This document shows positions 38,149-46,247 of a DNA stretch of 64,000 bases, piece after piece (position 1 is the stretch's first letter; each line of letters begins with the position of its first letter). The DNA is from a virus (lineage: Duplodnaviria > Caudoviricetes), in IMG/VR virus record IMGVR_UViG_3300028603_000024, positions 1 through 64,000 of that record, one strand, 5' to 3'. The position numbers and the translations under genes were made by a program. The notes beneath the pieces were generated by a model that was not told the origin of the DNA, made no database searches, and saw only the letters and a program-made list of their open reading frames with translations.

Positions 38149-38550
38149 TTACGCCGTCCTCGTGGTGATGATCGCGTTGATATAATTTATCGCCGTATTG
38201 CAGGTCGCCAATCGATTCGCCGCGTTAGCCGCCGCTATTAACCGACCCACGCGAGGCCGTCGCCGCTGCAGCACATCTCGGGTGACGGCCGCCAAGAAGT
38301 CGTGTTGGATTGCCGCGACTAACCCCGCCGTCTCCTCCGTCTCTGCCGCCTTTTCTACCACCTGCTTGAATCGTTCATTTATCTCAGCCCTCTCCAAACC
38401 CCGCAGCGAAGCCTCCCTACTTACGGGAGCCTCGTCTGAAAATCGGATCCAGCTCGGCTGGGCCTCGTTGCACAGAGCGGCCACGTCATTCTCGGCTTTC
38501 GCCCGAAGTTGTGAGGCGGCGTGAGCGAAGTTTTCGAACAATTCAGGCAC
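38149..38550 (-). CDS. Hypothetical helical protein
   Basis: In the operon. Confidence 0.65.
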   Translation of the reverse strand: MPELFENFAHAASQLRAKAENDVAALCNEAQPSWIRFSDEAPVSREASLRGLERAEINERFKQVVEKAAETEETAGLVAAIQHDFLAAVTRDVLQRRRPRVGRLIAAANAANRLATCNTAINYINAIITTRTA

Positions 38551-39232
38551 TTAGGGCGACTCCTGCTTCTGCCAATAGTTGTCGAACCGTATTAAGTCGT
38601 TGGCTGACAGCCGCGGGAGAAATTTTCAGCTTCTTTGCTATCTCCTTGGCGGGCAGCACGGGAGCGCCGTTATAACCGGTCAAGTGTTCCATGATTACCT
38701 TGCCGCGGCTGTCCAGATCCGCATAAACCATATCCTGCAGAAGCCCCTCGTTGGTTAACTCTTCTTCGACGTCGTTATCGCCTTGGTTAATAATCTCCGG
38801 CACGGAGCCGGCCCGCAGCTGCCGCACTTTTTTCAAGGAGATGCCTAAGCGATCCGCGATATCAGAATCGGCGGGTTCAAAACCGGTATCGGCTTCAAGC
38901 TGTGCCACAATGTCTTTAACCCGCATCGCCTCACGAGCTCGTACCTCGGGGACCTTGGTGGTAAATTTAGTGCCCCGGACATCCCTGACGAGTCGTTGTA
39001 GTTGTGTCTGAGCCCAAGACCTGAACTGCGTTCCCGAGTCAGCCCTGTAGCTCTTAGCTGCCTCTGCCACAATACGACGTCCCAACCCCCTCGTCAAGGG
39101 ACTAACCTGACCGCCGGCACTTCGGATCGCCCGATCTATATCCGGGGCCGTTGCCGAGAGTATGGAATGCATGCCGGCAGGACTAGGCTTCTTGTGCCAA
39201 CGAGAAAAGGCTGTATTCGAATCCTGTTCCAT
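38543..39232 (-). CDS. Sigma70-family RNA polymerase sigma factor-like protein (FliA/SigF-type regions 2-4)
   Basis: YRADSGTQFRSWA (region 2.3), FEPADSDIADRLGISLKKV (region 3), AKEIAKKLKISPAAVSQR (region 4.2). Confidence 0.82.
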   Translation of the reverse strand: MEQDSNTAFSRWHKKPSPAGMHSILSATAPDIDRAIRSAGGQVSPLTRGLGRRIVAEAAKSYRADSGTQFRSWAQTQLQRLVRDVRGTKFTTKVPEVRAREAMRVKDIVAQLEADTGFEPADSDIADRLGISLKKVRQLRAGSVPEIINQGDNDVEEELTNEGLLQDMVYADLDSRGKVIMEHLTGYNGAPVLPAKEIAKKLKISPAAVSQRLNTVRQLLAEAGVALSA

Positions 39233-39238
39233 AGTCTT

Positions 39239-39247
39239 ATTGTACCA
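39239..39247 (-). promoter_or_regulatory. Extended -10 promoter (TGgTACAAT) 6 nt upstream of the sigma ATG
   Basis: Minus strand gTGGTACAATaagactATG; no SD. Confidence 0.55.
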
Positions 39248-39252
39248 CGTTC

Positions 39253-40869
39253 CTAAAAGGACGGCGTCACGCCGGGGATGTTAACAAGTGGGGAACCGGC
39301 CCAGGAGGTTTGAAAAAATGGGTTATCGCTTAAAGAAAAACAGGTCTCGTGAGCGAGCCGCAGGTGGCTTAATTCCAGGACGGTACGACAACCCTCGTCT
39401 GCGGAAATGGTGACATGTACGATGCTTACACTCGCCAAGCAACCCTCCGCGGTATACCCTGGTACGTCGAAGTCGGGGTTACCGCCAACGATACGCACCG
39501 TCGAACCGGGGCAGACGTCGAAACGTAAACGCGTAACAGCCGCCAAGGGCCGGAACTTAAAAACCTCGGCCATATAAATTGCTTTGGCCAGTTGGTTAGC
39601 AAACGCTTCTTTATAGGCGGTTTTGGCTTGAGTCGCCGCTCTCTGATCCCCCATCTGTGAGGCCTGCGGGGGACCCAGGGCATTACGGCTTAAGGATCGT
39701 AACATATCCCCGCCGAGATGCGGTGTGAGCCAAGGGTGTGCTTTCTGAGTCAGAAACTGCCCGGGGTTGTCCCCCACCAGCGAGGCAGGGATGGCGGGGT
39801 CGGCGGCTATGTCGTAGAACCCGACCACTCCCGGCACTCGCCCAGCGGAGATGCCGAAGACGGCCGGAATATCATTCATTAATATCACGCCCCGCAGACC
39901 CCTTGGCAACTTGGCGTTAGGAGAGAGACTCCAAAGCTCATTTGCCGGGATCTCCAGCCAATGCCGATCAAGAGCGGGGACCCAGGGAACGAAAGCGGCG
40001 GTTTCCACGGTAGGTACGATGGCACACATCGTAGCGCCAGCGATACGAAGCATCTTACTCCAGAGTGTCGGAGATCCTTCCTGATTCCAGAGGATGTGCC
40101 CCAAGCCGGCGTCGAAATCCCGAATGACGGCGGCGTTGACGCCGGCCTGACTCAGCAGAGGTAAAGGCGAGATGGCGATGTGCTTCGCATCATCCATCCT
40201 TTCCAGTACCGCCGCAGCAGCAGCGTTGGGCGCCTCGTAACCCACTAGATTCTTGATGTAGCCGGACTCGTGGACTCGGCCGATTTGTGCCGAGAACTGA
40301 GACTGTTTTGACGTAGAACGGGCTACCTCGAGTAGCACCGGTTTAATGGCTCCGACCCAAAAATCCTGGTAGGCCGAAAATTTCCATTGCACATCACTAT
40401 TAACGGTGGCCGTGGCCTGCCCCCGGAAACCGTAGGGCCTGTAGGTATTCTCGGCGCTTGCAGGGTCCATCAGAGAATTTAACCAGTGCGTGCTATCCAA
40501 CTTATCGAGCCAGTGCACGAGACCGATGGAGACGCCCAAACCGTTACCGATCTGCGGCGCCGCGGAGCTGATAAAGCCGTCAAAAATCATGATCGGCGTA
40601 CCCGGCCACGTCTGATCGGGGCCGGCCTGGCCGGTGAGCTGCACATACATCTTTACAGACATACCGCGATACAATTTTTGCCCCAGCTCGTGAGCCTTTG
40701 ATCGAGTAGAAGGGTTTGCGGCGTCGACGCCGGTGTTCAGAGTTACCGTAGCCGTCGGAATGCTGTTGACGGCGAACCGTAATTTGATATCTCGGACCGG
40801 AACTTCGCCGGCGCCATCAACCACCAGCCAGAGTTGAACATCGGTGGCGTAATGAGGAACACTAGGCAT
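39253..40869 (-). CDS. Putative baseplate hub protein
   Basis: FAVNSIPTATV, IFDGFI, LRFDVCPGSTVRI; between the tube initiator and the wedge genes. Confidence 0.6.
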   Translation of the reverse strand: MPSVPHYATDVQLWLVVDGAGEVPVRDIKLRFAVNSIPTATVTLNTGVDAANPSTRSKAHELGQKLYRGMSVKMYVQLTGQAGPDQTWPGTPIMIFDGFISSAAPQIGNGLGVSIGLVHWLDKLDSTHWLNSLMDPASAENTYRPYGFRGQATATVNSDVQWKFSAYQDFWVGAIKPVLLEVARSTSKQSQFSAQIGRVHESGYIKNLVGYEAPNAAAAAVLERMDDAKHIAISPLPLLSQAGVNAAVIRDFDAGLGHILWNQEGSPTLWSKMLRIAGATMCAIVPTVETAAFVPWVPALDRHWLEIPANELWSLSPNAKLPRGLRGVILMNDIPAVFGISAGRVPGVVGFYDIAADPAIPASLVGDNPGQFLTQKAHPWLTPHLGGDMLRSLSRNALGPPQASQMGDQRAATQAKTAYKEAFANQLAKAIYMAEVFKFRPLAAVTRLRFDVCPGSTVRIVGGNPDFDVPGYTAEGCLASVSIVHVTISADEGCRTVLELSHLRLAHETCFSLSDNPFFQTSWAGSPLVNIPGVTPSF

Positions 40870-41689
40870 TGCGGAGCTCCTCTGCCCGCCAAACCCACGC
40901 CAGCAGAAAGGCCGCGAATTTCAGGGCGTCGGATCTGTTGTTTGACCATAAGGAGTGAAAGGTAGACAGCGGCTCCGAGGACCGCAAGGCAAACAGCTCT
41001 CCATACCACTGACCGGAGGAACTCTCTAAGTTCTGTAGGATCTCCGCGATGCTCTGACTCACAGGAACCACCGTTGTTACTCGCCAAGCGCCGTCTGCGG
41101 CGAGAGGCACGCGGATATGCAGGCCGCTGCGGGCTACGGCAATTGGTGCTGACCAATCACCCGCCGCACCGGCAGGAACGGACGTCGATGTGCCGCGGAT
41201 CAGGTCCTGAACGGTTACTACGCCGCCGACGAGAAGAACTTCGAAGTCATTGTAGGCTTTACCGTCGGAGTGTTCGGCGGGCACGCCGGTAAGTTGCGGG
41301 GAGCTCGCACCGTCGAGCGGGGTCAACAGGGCAAGGGGTAGAGAATCGTCGAGCAACACCGGAGCTTGGTAGGACAGCCTAGAATCGTAATACCCTACGA
41401 AGGAAGACAGTTCTGAGAGGTGCAGAATATTCAGGTACCGAGCCGCTGACCAGTTCAACGACCAACTGTCCGGACCGCTGCCAAAAAGTATCCGCCAAGT
41501 GCTCCGCATCGCCGGCGACAGAGAGACTGGTCGGAATGCGGGATCCACATACTGAGCCCAGTCACAATCTGTGTTTAACGACGCGGCACTGCTATTGAGC
41601 AACAGTGTTCGTAGATGATTTACCATAGTCGCCTCAATTAATCGCTTACAGCGGGAGCCGGGCTGAAGTGAACAAGCCGGATCCAACAC
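40862..41689 (-). CDS. Hypothetical tail protein (likely start at MVNHLRTLLLN)
   Basis: In the operon. Confidence 0.6.
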   Translation of the reverse strand: MLDPACSLQPGSRCKRLIEATMVNHLRTLLLNSSAASLNTDCDWAQYVDPAFRPVSLSPAMRSTWRILFGSGPDSWSLNWSAARYLNILHLSELSSFVGYYDSRLSYQAPVLLDDSLPLALLTPLDGASSPQLTGVPAEHSDGKAYNDFEVLLVGGVVTVQDLIRGTSTSVPAGAAGDWSAPIAVARSGLHIRVPLAADGAWRVTTVVPVSQSIAEILQNLESSSGQWYGELFALRSSEPLSTFHSLWSNNRSDALKFAAFLLAWVWRAEELRNA

Positions 41690-42362
41690 TAGCAGCCGGG
41701 GGTTTCCAGTCGACCGCAGCCGCTGAGGTCATCTCGCCCCCGTAAGACGGAGACCCAGCCGCTGAGGTCATCTCGCCCCCGTAAGACGGAGACCCAGCCG
41801 CTGAGGTCATCTCGCCCCCGTAAGACGGAGACCCAGCCGCTGAGCTTCCAGAGCTGGGTGATTCCGAGGATTCGGGTTGGTTTTGCTTGGCTCGGTCGAT
41901 CAGGCCGTCAAAATTCGGAAGCATCGCCAAAGACATAGACCATTGGAATACGCGTGTTGTGGGGTCGCTGGTCCCAAGATCCACGCCGTGCAGAAAACCG
42001 GAGAAGCTGGTTTTTCCGATCGTGATCACCAACGGTGCGATAGTAGCGGAGACTCTGTTGGTGGCGTAAAACTGCAGGATGCTGTTGGCACCGTCCATAG
42101 CGGAGCCACGGCCGCCGTCGCCGCAGAATTGACCCACAAACGCGGATCCCGATATTTTCATCTGACCCACTCGATCTCCGTAGGCGTAAATAAAGACCGC
42201 TCGAGCCAAGGAGGGTTGAATCTGTATATTCGCGGCTTGACTGCAGGAGACCTGCGTCAGCAAAACACCGTTGGCCCGCAGGCCGGGAACACTGATCACG
42301 GCAGGCAGAGCTCCTCCGGAGACTACCGCGAGTCTGCCGACATTGTCATAAAAGACTTTCAT
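41646..42362 (-). CDS. Putative tail-tube initiator / baseplate protein with repeat tail
   Basis: FIYAYGDRVGQMKISG; directly after the tape measure gene. Confidence 0.6.
   Translation of the reverse strand: MKVFYDNVGRLAVVSGGALPAVISVPGLRANGVLLTQVSCSQAANIQIQPSLARAVFIYAYGDRVGQMKISGSAFVGQFCGDGGRGSAMDGANSILQFYATNRVSATIAPLVITIGKTSFSGFLHGVDLGTSDPTTRVFQWSMSLAMLPNFDGLIDRAKQNQPESSESPSSGSSAAGSPSYGGEMTSAAGSPSYGGEMTSAAGSPSYGGEMTSAAAVDWKPPAASVGSGLFTSARLPL
41717..41844. repeat. 39-bp perfect tandem repeat, about 3.3 copies (SAAGSPSYGGEMT)
   Basis: Unit cagccgctgaggtcatctcgcccccgtaagacggagacc. Confidence 0.95.
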
Positions 42363-45034
42363 CGCAGTGTCTCCGCTTCATCTTTCCCAGGCCCAGGCTG
42401 CCGGGTCGGCGAACTGGCGGAATCTTTTTCTTTGCCCTCTACGTGGACTACGTCGGCTCGAATACTTACCGTGTTTGCCGTCATACCCCCTTCAAGCGAT
42501 TGAGCAGCGACCTGGGTGCCTCGCGTGTCCACCACCAACTTACCATCTGCGGTTTGATGAAGAATGTTACTTAACGTGCCGCCCCAACGCTCGTTGATCG
42601 CCGTCAAGCGTTTCCGGGTCTCTGTAACGTCGATCTCGTGATCGCTGCCGGCCACCTCGTCGAGCCCCTTGAGGTCCGCCAGGAGTTGCTTATAAACTTC
42701 CTGGGACGACATCCCGGATCGCTCAGCAAATACCGTGGCTCGACTCTTAAGCCACTGTCCTCCGGCGTCGCTGTCGAGGAATCGGCGAAGCCCTCCGACC
42801 TGCTCTTTCAACAGCTGTCGTCGCTCCGGGAAGTTTTCTTCTATATATTTCAGATGTCCTAGAGTTTTTTCAACCCTCGCTTGTTCGCCGCGGGTAGCGA
42901 AGATGTTATATTCTTCCGGTTTATATTCGCCCCCTTCACCGAGAACGGTAAACGAGGTACTCTTATATTTCTCAGCCGCAGCCTTGGCCTCGGGAGAGTC
43001 GGCGCCGTACTCGTTAATCGCGGCGTGCAGGGCCGTGAAATCCTCGTGCAGTTGACCCAAGCCCCCGGAAGGTGCCCAATCTTTGCCCAAGGCCTTACCG
43101 AGCGTTTGCATAGCTAACGCGTCGGGAGCCCCGAAGACGCCTTTTAGAAACTGGTCCATGGAAACCGGGGCGGTGCTACCGAGGAGCGAGGATATCCGCT
43201 CCCCCAAGGGGCCGTTGGCCCCTACGCCGGTGGCTTTTATAACCTGCTCGATGCCGGCCAGCCGAGCGGCCTGAGCCGCTCGAGCCTCCTGGGCCTTGGC
43301 GGAAGCATTCGAAGTAATGTTGGCAGCATCATATTGCGATATTCCTGATGTGCCTCGCAAGAAGGTGCTGCTCTGTTCCCAGACTTCACGAGCCAGACCG
43401 ACGTCGTCCCCCAACACTGCCGCCATAGCTTTTATACGACCCTCTTGATCCTGTGAGGAGGAGCCATTAATTGCCGCCACTAATTCCGTGGCGCGATTCC
43501 GAACATCCCCTTGGGAAGAACCGGCCATGGAGTTAATCAAACTAGAGGAGCGACTGATAGCGTCGGCCATGGATTGCCGGAGTCGCCCTCGCGTAATGGC
43601 GGAGGTGTCGACGTGCTCAAAATACTGCGAGTTTGAGAGTTGATCGGAAAAGAAAGCGGAAGCCGCCTCGGAGGTCGAGAACTCCTGCCCGAATCTCTCG
43701 GCAAGGGCGGTGGGGTTGCTCAGGTTTTGCATATCCTCGTCTGTCAACTGTCCGTTACGTATCTTTGCCGCCAATTCCTGAACGCCGGCATTCTTCGATC
43801 TCCGGGCCAACCGGAGAACACCGCCGGCGCCGGACATCCCTGGCGACTGATACATCGCGTGGCGGGACATGGTGAGATAATTGGTCATCTCGTTGTAATC
43901 CCACTGCCCCCATACATCTTCGTGCGACCTGGCAGCCATCACGCCGCCGGCCTGATTGGCAATATCTGTTGCGATATCCACGCCCACCACGCCGGGCATC
44001 CCGAGCTGCCTCGCAAACATAGCGTTCATCCGGGCAGATTCCAGCATCAGCTCCGGTCGTAAGCCGTTAATCGCGGTAGTGCTTTTTAGCCGATCCACTA
44101 AGCCCTGTAGTTGCGAAGCATCCATATGCTGCAAACCACCCTGCGTCAGCTCTTGGAGGTTTTGGAACAGCTGCGTTATGGGCTTGTCTCGGCCGAATAG
44201 GTCCTTCAGACTGCTGACCATAGCGTTGGCTTTTTTGGAAAATTCAACCATTCCGCTGTCACTCATGCCGAAGTCGAGCACGAAGTTACGACTCATGCTG
44301 GCGATTGTTTCGCCTATCTCGCCTCGGTTCAATCCTTGCGTAAAAACACGGTCCGAAACACCCGACAGACCGCCGCCGTCCGTGTAGGGCATATAGGCTC
44401 CTCCCAGAACGCCGGTAACGCGTCCGACTTCCTCCGGAGTCATTTGCAGGTGCCGTGTGCCGCTGTAGATCGCATTAGCCATCTGTTGGCTGGTACCACC
44501 GAATCCCATATTTGCGAAGCGGTTGATTACATTCTGTGCTCCCAGTGCGGATACCGCGGGGTTGTTTAGGACGCCCAAGGCGGCCTGAGCCATCGCGGTG
44601 GGAGCGCCTACGGTATCTCCCATCAGAGGGCCAGTCATTCGAGCCAGCATGGCTCGTAACTGCTCCACGTCCATCTGCTGTGTCATGCCCTGCAAGGAAG
44701 CCAAATCTTGCTGCTGCCTGTAGTACATTGCCGTGGCTGCCGGACCGTAGCTGTTGCCCATCGGGGTTATCGGATGCCCCAGCATGGAGCTGATCTGCAT
44801 GATGATCGCGGAGATCGGCGAGTTGGCCAGGTGTCCGAGAGCCGCTTGACCCGCGCTGGCGCCTCCGTCAAAGGGGTCCCGAACCCAGGGATTTGCGCCG
44901 CCCGGCAGCATATGAGGCGACAGATGCGAGGGGGTCAGATTCCCCGCCCACGGGCCGGAGGCGTCGGAATAATACGGATTTCCAAAGGCATCATTCACTC
45001 CCACGGATAAAGCCCTCCGGCAGCCCGAATTCAA
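42359..45034 (-). CDS. Tape measure protein (putative)
   Basis: 891 aa, Ala/Gly/Met/Gln-rich and helical; downstream of the chaperone pair. Confidence 0.7.
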   Translation of the reverse strand: MNSGCRRALSVGVNDAFGNPYYSDASGPWAGNLTPSHLSPHMLPGGANPWVRDPFDGGASAGQAALGHLANSPISAIIMQISSMLGHPITPMGNSYGPAATAMYYRQQQDLASLQGMTQQMDVEQLRAMLARMTGPLMGDTVGAPTAMAQAALGVLNNPAVSALGAQNVINRFANMGFGGTSQQMANAIYSGTRHLQMTPEEVGRVTGVLGGAYMPYTDGGGLSGVSDRVFTQGLNRGEIGETIASMSRNFVLDFGMSDSGMVEFSKKANAMVSSLKDLFGRDKPITQLFQNLQELTQGGLQHMDASQLQGLVDRLKSTTAINGLRPELMLESARMNAMFARQLGMPGVVGVDIATDIANQAGGVMAARSHEDVWGQWDYNEMTNYLTMSRHAMYQSPGMSGAGGVLRLARRSKNAGVQELAAKIRNGQLTDEDMQNLSNPTALAERFGQEFSTSEAASAFFSDQLSNSQYFEHVDTSAITRGRLRQSMADAISRSSSLINSMAGSSQGDVRNRATELVAAINGSSSQDQEGRIKAMAAVLGDDVGLAREVWEQSSTFLRGTSGISQYDAANITSNASAKAQEARAAQAARLAGIEQVIKATGVGANGPLGERISSLLGSTAPVSMDQFLKGVFGAPDALAMQTLGKALGKDWAPSGGLGQLHEDFTALHAAINEYGADSPEAKAAAEKYKSTSFTVLGEGGEYKPEEYNIFATRGEQARVEKTLGHLKYIEENFPERRQLLKEQVGGLRRFLDSDAGGQWLKSRATVFAERSGMSSQEVYKQLLADLKGLDEVAGSDHEIDVTETRKRLTAINERWGGTLSNILHQTADGKLVVDTRGTQVAAQSLEGGMTANTVSIRADVVHVEGKEKDSASSPTRQPGPGKDEAETLR

Positions 45035-45428
45035 CGCCGTTCTTTAACGCCTCCGCCAGACGCGCTGTCTCCGCCAGTATCTCCGGATCGTCCATACGGC
45101 CCCAATTACTTTCCCACGTCTGCAAATCTCGTTGGTAAGCATCTTGCTCAGCCTGTTTTAGCTCTTGTTCAACGTCAAGCCAGGGTTGATACAAACCCAT
45201 CAACCGCAACCCTGTCTTCTGGAGAACTTCGGCGCGCTGCTCCCGGTATTCGTTGCTGGCAAACGGCGCCGATGCGTCCTGAACGTTTCTCATGTAAAGG
45301 AGCTTGTCTATTTCAATCAAGCTTTCACGACGCAAATGTCGGAGTAACAGGGCTTCCCGAATACGCCCTCTCGTGTCGTTAAGCTTTAGAGGTTTCAACA
45401 ACCCCCGAGAAGCAGCGACCACCATCAT
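44991..45428 (-). CDS. Tail assembly chaperone, second ORF
   Basis: ATGA overlap with the upstream chaperone; also reachable by a -1 frameshift. Confidence 0.55.
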   Translation of the reverse strand: MMVVAASRGLLKPLKLNDTRGRIREALLLRHLRRESLIEIDKLLYMRNVQDASAPFASNEYREQRAEVLQKTGLRLMGLYQPWLDVEQELKQAEQDAYQRDLQTWESNWGRMDDPEILAETARLAEALKNGVEFGLPEGFIRGSE

Positions 45429-46138
45429 AGCGCAGACGGGGTCGCCCCGGAAAAATCCGGTTTTACACTCCTTGCCATAAGCAACTGTTGCAGGGTGTCC
45501 CACTCGATGAAGCGTCGATAGATCAGATCATACATCGCTACCGACATACCTTCTTCGCCCTCGTCAAAAATGCTCTCATCACGACGAACACAAAGGCACG
45601 TATCCTCGGCCCTGAAATCTTCCCGAGTCGGAGGCGGGAAGGTGCGATTTGTTTGTACTCGGTCCTCGGCGTCTGTCGCCAGGATTGACACGAGGGCGAA
45701 GGACAGCTGCAACCTGTTCTGCCTCGCGTAGGCCACGCGTACGTCGTTCAGGGCGCCTGTAGACAGTTCTTTGGCCAGTTGCTGATTTACGTCATCCGTC
45801 TCCCGCAGCCGGAGGCTCCGAAAGGTGATACGGAGTCGCCCGCCCATTTCGAAGTAGGTTTTCTGCCACCGGCCGCCGGCCAAGGTATACCTCGTAAACT
45901 CCTGCCGATCCTCATCGGTCGGTACAACTCTTACCGGCTGCGCCGGATCCCGGCCGCAGAATTGACAATGTTTAACGGAAGCTGAGGGAGCCTCTTCCAC
46001 GGTCTCCTCGACCTCCGCCGTGGGGGTCTCAGGGGGGGACTCCGTCGCAACCGTAGGAGTAGAGCCCTCCACGAGTTGCTGCACAGCCTCCTCTTCGATT
46101 GGTGTGTTTCTCCTGAGGGGTAACCCGTTGATCGCCAT
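45425..46138 (-). CDS. Tail assembly chaperone
   Basis: Acidic N-terminus, ITFRSL, ends ...PDF; upstream of the tape measure gene. Confidence 0.6.
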   Translation of the reverse strand: MAINGLPLRRNTPIEEEAVQQLVEGSTPTVATESPPETPTAEVEETVEEAPSASVKHCQFCGRDPAQPVRVVPTDEDRQEFTRYTLAGGRWQKTYFEMGGRLRITFRSLRLRETDDVNQQLAKELSTGALNDVRVAYARQNRLQLSFALVSILATDAEDRVQTNRTFPPPTREDFRAEDTCLCVRRDESIFDEGEEGMSVAMYDLIYRRFIEWDTLQQLLMARSVKPDFSGATPSAL

Positions 46139-46247
46139 AAATCCCTACTTTCCGGCACGTATCGTGTGCCACAATTCTCGGTGCCCAACCAGACCCGCTC
46201 TGTCTCCTGAGCGTTCATCCCCCTCCAGGCGAGGGCATACCTGTCCC

